64,000 nucleotides of DNA from Hydrurus foetidus (taxonomy: Eukaryota), in NCBI GenBank assembly GCA_900617105.1, contig UYFQ01000023.1, positions 124,001 to 188,000 of the forward strand. Direction: 5' to 3'. The notes under the pieces were generated by a model. The model had not been told where the DNA came from, made no database searches, and was given only the letters and a program-made list of their open reading frames with translations. Made by a program: the position numbers and the translations under genes. Positions 39,271 to 49,273 of the stretch are shown here, one piece after another; position 1 is the first letter of the stretch, and each line of letters starts with the position of its first letter.

Positions 39271-39810
39271 TCAGTCGTCTACGCTGGCGTCCAGTCCAGG
39301 AAACAGCACCTCTGTGAAGCCAAACTGCGTGAAATCGCGTACCCGCATCGGGTAGAGCTTGCCAATGAGGTGGTCGCACTCGTGCTGCACCACGCGGGCA
39401 TGGAAGCCCTCGGCGATGCGGTCAATGGGGTCGCCAAACTGGTCAAACCCGGTGTAGCGGATGCGGGCAAAGCGCGGCACCACGGCCCGCAGACCGGGCA
39501 CCGAGAGGCAGCCTTCCCAGTCGGACTCTTCAGCTTCAGACAAGGGCGTGATGATGGGGTTCAGCAGTACCGTACGGGGCACGGGCGGCGCGTCAGGGTA
39601 GCGCGGGTTGAGGGTGTCCGTGCCAAAAATCACCAGCTGCAAGTCCACACCGATTTGCGGTGCCGCCAAGCCTGCACCGTTGGCCGCAGCCATCGTGTCG
39701 AGCATATCGGACAGCAGCAGGTGCAGTGCATCGGTGTCAAATTCAGTGACCGGCTGGGCCACGCGCAACAAGCGTGGGTCGCCCATTTTGAGGATTTCAC
39801 GAACTGTCAT
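39271..39810 (-). CDS. def: Peptide deformylase
   Basis: [15 protein letters not shown] and QHECDHL motifs. Confidence 0.97.
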   Translation of the reverse strand: MTVREILKMGDPRLLRVAQPVTEFDTDALHLLLSDMLDTMAAANGAGLAAPQIGVDLQLVIFGTDTLNPRYPDAPPVPRTVLLNPIITPLSEAEESDWEGCLSVPGLRAVVPRFARIRYTGFDQFGDPIDRIAEGFHARVVQHECDHLIGKLYPMRVRDFTQFGFTEVLFPGLDASVDD

Positions 39811-39951
39811 GGTGGCGTTATAAAAAAGAGGGATAACAGGGAAAGTTGCCTATTGTCACTTGCCCGGTTCAGGTCAAACTGTGCAGGCCAACGGCAAAAT
39901 CATCACAAACCCTTTTTATCCACCTTTATCCACATACCAAAGGACGACACC

Positions 39952-40308
39952 ATGACAACCCATGAATTAGCCAAAGCCTTCACAGTCCTGTGCAGCAGCG
40001 GAGAGTTTGAAAAAGCCGGCCAACAACACTGGTCAGACGATATTGTGTCTGTCGAAGCGATGGACGGCCCCATGGCCCGCGTCGCAGGCCGCGCCGCCGT
40101 GGACGCCAAGGGTGCTTGGTGGTACGCCAACCATGAAATCCATAGCGTGAAAGTCGAAGGCCCGTATGTGAATGGCGACCAGTTCACCGTGCGTTTCACG
40201 ATGGACGTGACCCCCAAAGACGGCACCCGCATGACGATGGACGAGCACGCGCTTTACACCGTGCGGGACGGGAAGATTGTGGAAGAGCGGTTTTTTTACG
40301 GGATGTGA
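39952..40308 (+). CDS. SnoaL/NTF2-like protein
   Basis: True start at ATG 39952 behind AAGGA; MTTHELAKAF...WSDDIVSVEA...YTVRDGKIVEERFFY. Confidence 0.85.
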   Translation: MTTHELAKAFTVLCSSGEFEKAGQQHWSDDIVSVEAMDGPMARVAGRAAVDAKGAWWYANHEIHSVKVEGPYVNGDQFTVRFTMDVTPKDGTRMTMDEHALYTVRDGKIVEERFFYGM

Positions 40309-40318
40309 TAGCGCGAAT

Positions 40319-40346
40319 GCAGGGGAGGGTCATTGCCCTGCCCTGC
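40319..40346 (+). terminator. Possible terminator hairpin
   Basis: GCAGGGGAGGG-TCATTG-CCCTGCCCTGC right after the SnoaL stop; weak U-tract. Confidence 0.35.
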
Positions 40347-40624
40347 TTCACGCTTGAAACCTCTGGAACTTACTTCAAGATTTGGCTCATCTACTGCCGT
40401 TGGTCTGTCTGAATTTTCAACATTTCAGCGGTGCGTAAGCCATTCATTTTGTGCAGGGTATTTTTTTGCAAATGGCAAGCAAGAGAACTCCCCACTACTA
40501 TCTTTAGAGTAGTTCTGTTAGTTGCCACTTCCGGCGCAGTCCTCCGTGCTTGGTGCATCTACGCCGCACAGTTCAACCGACTTTGGTTTCTTTTCCCTCA
40601 CATAACGACAGAGATGCTGCTGCC

Positions 40625-42403
40625 ATGCCAACCTTTATAACCAACCTGTCCATTGCAAAACGTTTGGGTCTGGGTTTCGCCTTGATGCTGATCATGTCGA
40701 TGATCAGTCTTCTGGTGGGCCTGTCTAAGCTGAATGCGGTGGCCCAGGCCACCCAGGAGATGATCGCCAATCCGATTAAGACTGAGCGCAGTGCCAGCGA
40801 CTGGTACCGAAATATCCACACTGGCGTGCGCCGTACTATGGCCATCGCCAAAAGCAGTGATCCCTCGTTGGTCGCTTACTTTGCAGAAGACCAGGTAGCC
40901 TCGATCAAGAGCTCCAGTGAGCTTCAGAAGACACTGGAAGTGCTAATGACTTCGGACAAAGAGAAAACTTTGTTTACCGAAATCGGCGAGCAGCGCAAGA
41001 TATACATGAGTTCCCGCGACGAGGCTTTTGCTTTGAAAAAAGACGGCAAGTTTGATGAAGCCAACCAAGTGATGGAACAAAAATTTGTTCCAGCATCCAA
41101 GCTATACCTCTCCAAGGTCGAGGCTTTGGTGAAACAGCAGCGAGATGAAATTGACGAAACGGCAAAGGATATCCAGGCCAATTACGAAGCCAGCTACCAT
41201 CTGATGATGGCCCTGGGAGGGGTCTCTCTGATGCTCAGCGTGCTCTTCGCTTGGTTGCTCTCGGGCACCATTACCCAGCCTCTGGCGCAAGCCCGCACTG
41301 TGGCCCGTCAGGTGGCCAGTGGGGACTTGACCGCCCACATCGACAACCAGCGTACTGACGAACTTGGCCAATTACTGTCCAGCCTGCACGACATGCAATC
41401 CAGCCTGGTGAAGGTTGTGTCCAATGTGCGCTCGGGTTCAGAAAACGTGGCAACCGCCAGTGCCGAAATCGCCCAAGGCAATGACGACCTCAGCGCGCGC
41501 ACCGAGAGCCAGGCCAGCGCACTGGAACAAACTGCTGCGTCGATGGAAGAGCTCAGTTCTACCGTTAAACAGAATGCGGACAATGCCCGCCAGGCCAACC
41601 AGCTGGCTATGAATGCCTCTACCGTTGCCATCCAGGGGGGTGAAGTCGTGAACGAGGTGGTCGAGACGATGAAGGGCATCAACGACAGCTCGAAGAAAAT
41701 ATCCGACATCATCAGCGTGATCGACGGCATTGCGTTCCAGACCAACATCCTGGCGCTGAATGCCGCTGTAGAAGCAGCCCGTGCGGGAGAGCAAGGACGC
41801 GGCTTTGCCGTCGTAGCCAGCGAGGTGCGTAGCCTGGCCAGCCGCTCGGCCGATGCAGCCAAAGAAATCAAGAGCCTTATCAGCGCCAGCGTGGAACGCG
41901 TGGCCCAGGGCATGGCTCAGGTGGACAAAGCCGGAACGACCATGACTGAGGTGGTCAGCTCCATTCGCCGCGTTACCGATATCATGGGCGAGATCAGCGC
42001 TGCCAGCAATGAGCAGTCGTTGGGTGTAGCCCAAATCGGTGAAGCCGTGACACAGATGGACCAAGCCACACAACAAAATGCCGCACTGGTTGAAGAAATG
42101 GCCGCCGCCGCTATCAGCCTACGCACTCAGGCACAAGACTTGGTGCAGGTGGCATCGGTGTTTAAACTGGATGGCAGCATTGCCTACAAAGCAGCACCGG
42201 CAATCAGTGCGCCCGTATCCCTGCGCACCGCTGCTCCCCGGCCAGCAACGCCTAGGATCAGCGCACCACGTCCGGCCTTTGCACCCAAGCCAAGCCTGAC
42301 CCGCTTACCGATAGCCGCGCCCAGTAAACCCCTAGAAAAAACCACTGTCAACCGCAGCATCCCCAAGACCGCGGACAACAACGACGACTGGACCAACTTT
42401 TAA
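40625..42403 (+). CDS. Methyl-accepting chemotaxis protein (4HB sensor, HAMP)
   Basis: Two TMs, [30 protein letters not shown] hairpin, Pro-rich linker and C-terminal DWTNF pentapeptide. Confidence 0.96.
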   Translation: MPTFITNLSIAKRLGLGFALMLIMSMISLLVGLSKLNAVAQATQEMIANPIKTERSASDWYRNIHTGVRRTMAIAKSSDPSLVAYFAEDQVASIKSSSELQKTLEVLMTSDKEKTLFTEIGEQRKIYMSSRDEAFALKKDGKFDEANQVMEQKFVPASKLYLSKVEALVKQQRDEIDETAKDIQANYEASYHLMMALGGVSLMLSVLFAWLLSGTITQPLAQARTVARQVASGDLTAHIDNQRTDELGQLLSSLHDMQSSLVKVVSNVRSGSENVATASAEIAQGNDDLSARTESQASALEQTAASMEELSSTVKQNADNARQANQLAMNASTVAIQGGEVVNEVVETMKGINDSSKKISDIISVIDGIAFQTNILALNAAVEAARAGEQGRGFAVVASEVRSLASRSADAAKEIKSLISASVERVAQGMAQVDKAGTTMTEVVSSIRRVTDIMGEISAASNEQSLGVAQIGEAVTQMDQATQQNAALVEEMAAAAISLRTQAQDLVQVASVFKLDGSIAYKAAPAISAPVSLRTAAPRPATPRISAPRPAFAPKPSLTRLPIAAPSKPLEKTTVNRSIPKTADNNDDWTNF

Positions 42404-42451
42404 TCTTGTTGCACTTAGGGCTTGAAACCGCCCTGTGGCGGTTCAACCGGA

Positions 42452-43377
42452 TCAGGTGAAACACCTGGATGCCACCTTACGGAACAAGCTGGCAGAAGCG
42501 CTTTCGGTGTCCGCCATGTAAGCCAGCGACAGCCCAATTGCAGCTTGCGCTGACACATCGACCAAGGTGCGGTAAACGATGTTGTCACGGGCGAATTTTC
42601 CATCACCGACGGTACCAGCGCGACACCCAGACCGCTTTCCACCAGCGCCAACACCGTTTGCACTTGCACCGCCTGCTGCGCGACACGGGGGATGAACCCG
42701 GCCAGCTGGCACGCCAACATGGCCGTACTGTGCAAGCCCGCAGCATGGGTGGGGGCGTACATCACGAACGGCTCAGCGGCCATGTCCGATAACCTCAGCG
42801 GATCTGCGACGGTGCCTGCAACTGCACCCGTACCTCTGCCATTTACCACCAGCGTATTCACACGGGGCAGCGCAGCGATGTAGTGGTCACGCTCCAGTGA
42901 TACCAGGGTCGCCTTGGACGACTGGAGCAAGGGCACCCGCACCAAGCCAATGTCCAAGCTGCGGTCTTCCAGCTGCTGCATGATGGCCACCGAAGTGGCT
43001 TCGCGCAGTACCAGTTCCACCCCGGGGTATTCAGCGCGGAACAGCGGCAACAGCTTTTGCAGCATGCCGTAACTGGCGGAACCAACAAAACCAATGTGCA
43101 ACGTACCACCCGTGCCGTTCACCGCATTTTTCGCCGTCTCGCCAAGCTGGCTGCCATGGAACAACAGCTTTTTGGCCTCGATCAGCACCGCCCGTCCGCT
43201 GGGTGTGAGGGCCACTCCGCTGGATTCGCGGGTGAACAACTTGGCACCTAACTCGGCTTCCAGTTTTTGGATGGACACCGACAGCGGCGGCTGCGCCATG
43301 TGCAGGCGCTCAGCCGCCCGGCGAAAATTCAGCGTCTCCGCCAGCATGACGAAATGACGGATGCGGCGCAAATCCAT
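42452..43377 (-). pseudogene. LysR regulator (BenM/CatR-like) with a 1-nt frameshift near 42596-42599
   Basis: LysR-like sequence stops at VPSVME; the expected tail KFARDNIVYRTL...IGLSLAY...ASLFRKVA lies in another frame ending at 42452. Confidence 0.7.
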
Positions 43378-43383
43378 GCGGTT

Positions 43384-44178
43384 TCAACCCTTGAAAACTG
43401 GAGAGCGCTTACCCAGGAACGCTGCCACCGCTTCCTTGTGGTCTTCCGTCTGGTGCGACATGGCTTGGAACGCAGCCGCCATCTCCAGCAGCGTATCCAA
43501 CCGCGTATGCATGGCCTCGCGCAGCAGCCGCTTGGTCAGGCGCACAGCGTGCGGTGGGTTGGCAGCAATGCGCTGGGCGAGCTCGTTGGCGGTAGAGAGT
43601 AACTGATCAGCAGGCACTACACGCGACACCAGACCCCAACTGGCAGCCAGCTCAGGGCCAATCACCTCCCCAGTAAACGACATCTCTGATGCCCTAGAAA
43701 GCCCGATCAAACGCGGCAGCAACCACGCACCACCGTCACCAGGGATGATGCCAAGCTTCACAAAACTTTCCGCAAACTTGGCGTGCTCCGAAGCGATACG
43801 GATGTCGCACATACAGGCCAAATCCAGCCCAGCACCGATGGCGGCACCGTTCACAGCAGCAATGACGGGCACCTCCAAATTGAACAACGCCAACGGCAGC
43901 TTTTGAATACCGGTGCGGTACTCCTGGCGAATCTGCATACCACTGACTTCGCCAGACGATTGCCGCGCCATGTCCTTGATGTCGCCCCCCGACGAAAATG
44001 CCGTGCCTGCGCCCGTCAGGATCACAGCACGCACGCTACGGTCGTTATGGATGCGGTCAATGGCTTCCAAGAAGTCAGGCACAGCCGAGTTACCCGTCAG
44101 CGGGTTGCGCCGCTCAGGCTCGTTCATGGTCAGCGTGACGACGTGGTCTTGTTGGGCGTACAGCAAAAAATTCGGCAT
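43384..44178 (-). CDS. Enoyl-CoA hydratase/crotonase
   Basis: FSSGGDI, IAAVNGAAIGAG and FAESFVKLGIIPGDGG. ATG 44178. Confidence 0.92.
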   Translation of the reverse strand: MPNFLLYAQQDHVVTLTMNEPERRNPLTGNSAVPDFLEAIDRIHNDRSVRAVILTGAGTAFSSGGDIKDMARQSSGEVSGMQIRQEYRTGIQKLPLALFNLEVPVIAAVNGAAIGAGLDLACMCDIRIASEHAKFAESFVKLGIIPGDGGAWLLPRLIGLSRASEMSFTGEVIGPELAASWGLVSRVVPADQLLSTANELAQRIAANPPHAVRLTKRLLREAMHTRLDTLLEMAAAFQAMSHQTEDHKEAVAAFLGKRSPVFKG

Positions 44179-44243
44179 GAAAAATCCGGTTAAAGGGGTT
44201 GAGGTCGCTTGAACGGTTAAGCGTAGAAGATTCCGCGCCCCAA

Positions 44244-44310
44244 GTCCAATATCAATAACAGCAGCTTTGATACAAATCAAGTATCGAATTTTGCCTATTT
44301 GATATTGGAC
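44244..44310. promoter_or_regulatory. Nested symmetric LysR operator in a divergent promoter region
   Basis: Central GATAC-AAATCAA-GTATC (44269-44285) flanked by GTCCAATATCAA (44244-44255) and TTGATATTGGAC (44299-44310); same symmetry axis at 44277. Confidence 0.7.
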
Positions 44311-44370
44311 GCGGCCAGGGATGCCGTCTATTCTCAAGCGCAACGTACACCTCAGAAACGGAAGTCACCG

Positions 44371-45594
44371 ATGAAAACCGCTTTAGGCCACCTCAAAGTT
44401 CTGGACTTGTCCCGCATCCTCGCGGGCCCCTGGGCCACGCAAAACTTGGCCGACATGGGGGCTGAGGTCATCAAAATCGAGCGCCCCGTGGTGGGCGACG
44501 ACACGCGCACCTGGGGGCCTCCGTTCCTGAAAGACGCGCAAGGTCAAGAGACACGAGATTCGTCTTACTTTCTGAGCGCCAACCGGGGCAAGCAGTCCGT
44601 CACCTGCGATCTGGCCACGCCCGAGGGGCAAGAGATCATCCGTGCCTTGGCCAAAGATGCCGATATCGTGGTTGAAAACTACAAAGTCGGCACCCTGGCC
44701 CGCTACGGCCTGGCTTACGCTGACCTGCGCCAACTCAACCCGCGCTTGGTCTACTGTTCCGTCACCGGCTTTGGCCAAAGCGGCCCCTATGCCGCGCTGC
44801 CCGGCTACGACTACGTGTTCCAGGGCATGGGCGGGCTGATGAGCATGACCGGCGTGCCCGACGGCCAAGCCGGTGCAGCCCCCATGAAAAGCGGCCTCGC
44901 CATCACCGACCTGCTGACCGGCATGTACGCCACCACCGCCATCCTGGCCGCCATCGAGCACCGGCATGTGAGCGGCGAAGGCCAATACATCGACATGTCT
45001 TTGCTGGACTGCATCGTCAGCATCAACTCGTACCAGGCACTCAACTACTTCTTGTCCGGCAAGATCCCACAGCGCATGGGCAATGCGCACTCCAACATGG
45101 TGCCGTACCAGGTGTTCCGCTGCCAGGAAGGCGACATCATCATTGCCGTCGGCAACGACAGCCAGTACACCGCATTTTGCAAAGTCATTGACCGCCCGGA
45201 GCTGGCGGCAAACCCGCTGTTCAGCACCGCCGCCCAACGCAACCGCAACCGCGAAGCGCTGATCCCGCTGGTCGCAGAGGCCATGTTGGCACGCAGCATG
45301 AACGACTGGGTGCCACTGCTGGAAGCCAACAACGTGCCCTGCGGCCCCATCAACGACATGAAACAAGTGTTCGATAACCCGCAGGTGCAACACCGAGAAA
45401 TGCAGATGACCCTGCCCCACGGTGCAGGCGTCAAGGCCCCCAGCGTAGCCAACCCGATCCGGCTGTCCGACACCCCTCTTCAGTACAACCGCGCTGCACC
45501 CACGTTAGGTGAGCACAACGCCAGCATCCTGGGCGAGCGGCTGGGGCTGTCAGCACTGCGTATGGCCGAGTTGCACGCCAAGGGTGTGATTTAG
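44371..45594 (+). CDS. CaiB/BaiF family III CoA-transferase
   Basis: VLDLSRILAGPWATQNLAD, NRGKQS, GYD and DLLTG. Confidence 0.93.
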   Translation: MKTALGHLKVLDLSRILAGPWATQNLADMGAEVIKIERPVVGDDTRTWGPPFLKDAQGQETRDSSYFLSANRGKQSVTCDLATPEGQEIIRALAKDADIVVENYKVGTLARYGLAYADLRQLNPRLVYCSVTGFGQSGPYAALPGYDYVFQGMGGLMSMTGVPDGQAGAAPMKSGLAITDLLTGMYATTAILAAIEHRHVSGEGQYIDMSLLDCIVSINSYQALNYFLSGKIPQRMGNAHSNMVPYQVFRCQEGDIIIAVGNDSQYTAFCKVIDRPELAANPLFSTAAQRNRNREALIPLVAEAMLARSMNDWVPLLEANNVPCGPINDMKQVFDNPQVQHREMQMTLPHGAGVKAPSVANPIRLSDTPLQYNRAAPTLGEHNASILGERLGLSALRMAELHAKGVI

Positions 45595-45616
45595 CGTGGT
45601 TTAAAAGGAGAAACCC

Positions 45617-46786
45617 TTGAACCCTTTGCTGTCCACCTTTCGACTCGCCACCCTGCCGGTACAAACCGACGCGTTCCGTGCTGAAGTGAAAGCCTTTTTA
45701 CAAACCAGTGTGCCCCCCACACCGCCCGAAATCCGTGCCCGCTCATGGCTGGGTTTTGATGCAGAGTTCAGCAGACAACTCGCAGCACGCGGCTGGGTGG
45801 GCGTGACCTTGCCGGCAGAGTACGGCGGGGCCAACCTTGACGCGTTTTCGCGCTTCGTGCTGGTCGAGGAATTGCTGGCCGTGGGCGCCCCGGTTTCTGC
45901 GCACTGGATTGCCGACCGCCAAAGCGGCCCCTTGATCAACAAATTCGGCACCCAAGCCCAGCGCCAGTTCTATCTGCCCCAAATATGTGCTGGGAAAGCG
46001 TTTTTCTGTATCGGCATGAGCGAGCCGAACGCGGGCTCTGACCTCGCCAGCGTAGGCACCCGTGCCACGCCGTGCGAGGTGAATGGCGTGCCGGGCTGGC
46101 GGTTGAATGGCCGAAAAATCTGGACCACCAACGCCCAGCACTGCCAGTACATGATTGCACTGGTGCGTTCATCTGGCGAGGCACAAGACCGGCAAAAAGG
46201 CTTGTCGCAGTTCATCATCGACTTGGCCTTGCCCGGCATCACCATCAAACCGATTCACGATTTGACAGGCGATGCGCATTTCTCTGAAGTCTTTTTTGAC
46301 GATGTGCTGCTGGCCGAAGATGCACTGGTCGGCACTGAGGGCAGTGGCTGGACGCAGGTGAATGCCGAACTGGCGTTTGAGCGCAGCGGGCCAGAGCGCA
46401 TTTACTCCAGCATCGTGCTGCTGTCGCAGTGGCTGGAGGTGCTGCGCCGCAGCCCAGACGCTGCCAGCCACATGGCCATGCTGGGCCGCTTCACCACGCA
46501 TTTGATGACGCTGCGCCACCTGTCCGTCACCGTCACCGCCAAGCTGGTGGCGGGTGAAAGCCCGGTGGTGGAAGCGGCTTTGGTGAAAGACATTGGCACC
46601 GAATTCGAACAAAGCGTGCCTGCGCTGCTCGAAGCCGCCCTAGCCAACAACCCTGAAGCCGCGATAGACCCCGCGCTGTACCGCACGCTGGTTTACGTGA
46701 GCCAGATTGCCCCCACCTACTCCCTGCGCGGCGGTACCCGCGAGATCTTGCGCGGCATGATCGCGCGTGGTCTGGGTTTGCGCTGA
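45617..46786 (+). CDS. Acyl-CoA dehydrogenase (alpha-type subunit)
   Basis: IGMSEPNAGSDLAS, NGRKIWTT, LAFERSG and SLRGGTREI; TTG start behind AGGAG. Confidence 0.9.
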   Translation: MNPLLSTFRLATLPVQTDAFRAEVKAFLQTSVPPTPPEIRARSWLGFDAEFSRQLAARGWVGVTLPAEYGGANLDAFSRFVLVEELLAVGAPVSAHWIADRQSGPLINKFGTQAQRQFYLPQICAGKAFFCIGMSEPNAGSDLASVGTRATPCEVNGVPGWRLNGRKIWTTNAQHCQYMIALVRSSGEAQDRQKGLSQFIIDLALPGITIKPIHDLTGDAHFSEVFFDDVLLAEDALVGTEGSGWTQVNAELAFERSGPERIYSSIVLLSQWLEVLRRSPDAASHMAMLGRFTTHLMTLRHLSVTVTAKLVAGESPVVEAALVKDIGTEFEQSVPALLEAALANNPEAAIDPALYRTLVYVSQIAPTYSLRGGTREILRGMIARGLGLR

Positions 46787-46806
46787 ACGATGACGAAAGA
46801 CATCCC

Positions 46807-47832
46807 ATGTTTGCTGAAGCGATCGAAGCCATCCTGCAAGACCAATGCACCCCCACGGCGGTGCGCACCATCGAAACCGGTGGCGCCACTTCCTGCGTCA
46901 ACACGACGCTGTGGCAGGCACTGGAAGACGCGGGTTTCCTCCGGCTGCTAGCAGCCGAAGCCGATGGGGGTGCGGCGCTGGCACTGCCAGAGCTGTTCCC
47001 GGTGCTACGCAGTTTGGGTTACCACAACATGCCCCTGCCAGTGGGGCAAACCATGGTGGCACATGCGCTGCTGCCGCCGGATGCCGTGCCACCAGGGTGC
47101 ATCACGCTGGGTACTTTGGGTAAACCGGGTACGGGTGCCACGACAGGGCACCGTGGTGAGACGACATCCCGTCTCACCTGCCCGCTCACCCCCTGCGGTC
47201 TGGTGGCGGACTGGGTACTGGCCCGTGATGGCGAAGGCGTGGTGCTGCTGCCCACCGCATCGGCCCAACGTATCGCAACGGGCGTACCCCGCAGCTTGAC
47301 CGCCACCCTGGTGTGGCCAGATGACCGCACTGCCATACGCTTTTCCGAAGGCGGTGCAGCCTTGACCTCCTTTGCCGCCGCCCTGTTCGCGGCCCTGCTC
47401 AGCGGCGCGATGACCCGCGTGTTCGAGATGACGCTCCAGTACGGTAACGACCGCAGCCAGTTTGGCAAATCGCTGGGCAAGTTCCAGGCCATTCAGCACC
47501 AGTTAAGCGTGATGGCCGAACACACCGCAGCGGCGTCTATTGCCGCTGAAGCGGCCTTCCGCACGACCCCTGCACAGCCCCAAAGCCCGCCCTGGCTGGG
47601 TGCCGCCGTTGCCAAATCCCGCACCAGCGAAGCCGCTGTGCTGGTGGTGTCCATCGCCCACGCGCTGCACGGGGCCATCGGCATTACCGAGGAATACGAC
47701 CTGCAACTCTTGACCCGCCGCCTGCACGAATGGCGCATGGCCCATGGCTCAGAAGCGTACTGGAACCCGCTGATTGGCCAGCGGGTACTGGACAGCCAGC
47801 AGACCCTGGTTGACTTCGTTCGCACTGCTTAA
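46807..47832 (+). CDS. Short acyl-CoA dehydrogenase (beta-type partner subunit)
   Basis: RSQFGKSLGKFQAIQHQL and HGAIGITEE retained; middle-domain FAD motifs lacking. Confidence 0.85.
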   Translation: MFAEAIEAILQDQCTPTAVRTIETGGATSCVNTTLWQALEDAGFLRLLAAEADGGAALALPELFPVLRSLGYHNMPLPVGQTMVAHALLPPDAVPPGCITLGTLGKPGTGATTGHRGETTSRLTCPLTPCGLVADWVLARDGEGVVLLPTASAQRIATGVPRSLTATLVWPDDRTAIRFSEGGAALTSFAAALFAALLSGAMTRVFEMTLQYGNDRSQFGKSLGKFQAIQHQLSVMAEHTAAASIAAEAAFRTTPAQPQSPPWLGAAVAKSRTSEAAVLVVSIAHALHGAIGITEEYDLQLLTRRLHEWRMAHGSEAYWNPLIGQRVLDSQQTLVDFVRTA

Positions 47833-47868
47833 AAAACAGAAACACACTCAACTGCCCTGGAAACACGC

Positions 47869-48458
47869 ATGACCCTGAACCTGAAAAACACGATAACGGT
47901 CAACTCCTGTCCTTTTTAGCCGCAGCGAAAAGGTTAAATACTACACTTTTAATAGCATTCATAGCCGCTACTTATTGCTCTAGAGCCGTTTTCGCCCAAG
48001 AATCCCCGAGCAAACCTATCAAATTCATCGTGCCTTTCCCGCCCGGCAGCGGCACGGACACCTCGGCACGCTACTTTGGCAAGAAACTCACCGAACTCAC
48101 CGGCCAGCACGTCATCGTGGACAACCGCCCCGGCGCGAAAGGTTTCATCGCTGTGCGCACCCTGCTGGGCGCACCGGCCCTGCCCAACGTGCAGCACATG
48201 GCCGAAGCAGGGTTGCCCGGCTTCAACGCCTACGTGTTGGTCGGTGCAATGGTGGCCGCCAAAACGCCCAAAGCTGAGACAGACAAACTCGCCACGCTGC
48301 TGACCCAGATCGAGCGCTTGCCGGAAACCAAAGAGTTCTACGAGCGACTGGGCGCTGAGACCATGAACGGTGGCGCAGACGAAATGCGCCGCTTCCAAGC
48401 TACAGAGATCGCCCTGTGGAAACGCATCGCCACCCAAGCCAAGATTGAGCAGGAATAA
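47869..48458 (+). pseudogene. Bug/TctC gene remnant with a large internal in-frame deletion and an out-of-frame start
   Basis: AQESPSKPIKFIVPFPPGSGTD...DNRPGA...GAP is fused directly to ALPNV...WKRIA (junction near 48171-48185); ATG 47869 is out of frame. Confidence 0.8.
47940..47992 (+). repeat. Dispersed element copy (Bug signal peptide)
   Basis: ACTACACTTTTAATAGC ATTCATAGC CGCTACTTA TTGCTC TAGAGCCGTTTT, reading TTLLIAFIAATYCSRAVF. Confidence 0.6.
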
Positions 48459-48461
48459 GCC

Positions 48462-49217
48462 ATGCAGCCCCTTGAGTCCAACGTCAAAACTTTAAACGCT
48501 ACTCTTTCGATAGCTGTCACCGCTTTACTGGTAAGCACCAGCGCCTTGTTCAGCGTTCATGCACAGAGTCAAGGCCAGCCGGTGGTGATCGACAACAAGG
48601 GCGGTGCCAATGGCAATCTGGGGGCCACGGTCGCCGCCAAAGCCCCGGCGGACGGCTACACGCTGCTCTGCAACACCTCATCCATCACGCTCAGCCCAGC
48701 GCTGTACAAAAACCTGAGCTACGACCTGAAGCGCGATTTCGCCCCCGTCGCGCTGACGGTGGTGATTCCGCTGGCCTTGGTGGTGGCCCCGAATGTGCCG
48801 GTAGAGAACGTCAAAGACTTCATCGCCTGGGTCAAGGCAAATCCGGGCAAGGTATCCTACGGCTCGGCGGGCAATGGCAATGTCACCCACCTGGGGGCGT
48901 TCCAGTTTGTGCAGGCCAATGGGCTGGACGCGGTGCATGTCCCCTACAAAGGCAGCGCCCCGGCGGACGTGGATTTGGCAGGTTGGCAAATCCAGTTCAT
49001 GACGGACACCGTGAACTCGGTGATGGCGTTCGTCAAAGACAAACGCATGAAGATGCTGGCCGTGACCACCGCCCGGCGCATGTCGCTGTTCCCCGACGTG
49101 CCCACGCTGGCGGAATCCGGGATGCCCGGCTTTGAGGTGGGTGCATGGCAGGGCGTGCTGGTGCCCGCTAACACGCCTAAAGCCGTGGTTCAACGCCTGA
49201 AGTCAAGCAAAAACTGA
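48462..49217 (+). pseudogene. Bug/TctC gene with an N-terminal internal deletion and a truncated C-terminus
   Basis: The signal peptide joins directly to GQPVVIDNKGGA (the P.kPI..IVPf..GG..D segment is missing); ends AVVQRLKSSKN without the final helices. Confidence 0.78.
48498..48551 (+). repeat. Dispersed element copy (Bug signal peptide)
   Basis: GCTACTCTTTCGATAGC TGTCACCGC TTTACTGGT AAGCAC CAGCGCCTTGTTC, reading ATLSIAVTALLVSTSALF. Confidence 0.75.
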
Positions 49218-49273
49218 CGGGCATCTCACTGGAGTAAGGGCCGCAAGTTGTGTTCAGCTCCCGTTTGATGATG

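Noticed and set aside
38011..39951. 765-aa plus-strand ORF 38011..40308
   Set aside because: Antisense shadow of algI and def; only the last 118 codons (SnoaL, ATG 39952 with RBS) look real.
40375..40403. Possible sigma-28 promoter upstream of the MCP (TCAAG...GCCGTT)
   Set aside because: The spacing and the -10 element match poorly.
40494..40510. Core-like 17-mers at 40494 (ACTACTATCTTTAGAGT) and 55339 (GATAGATCAAAGTTAGC)
   Set aside because: No convincing distal half; not counted as element copies.
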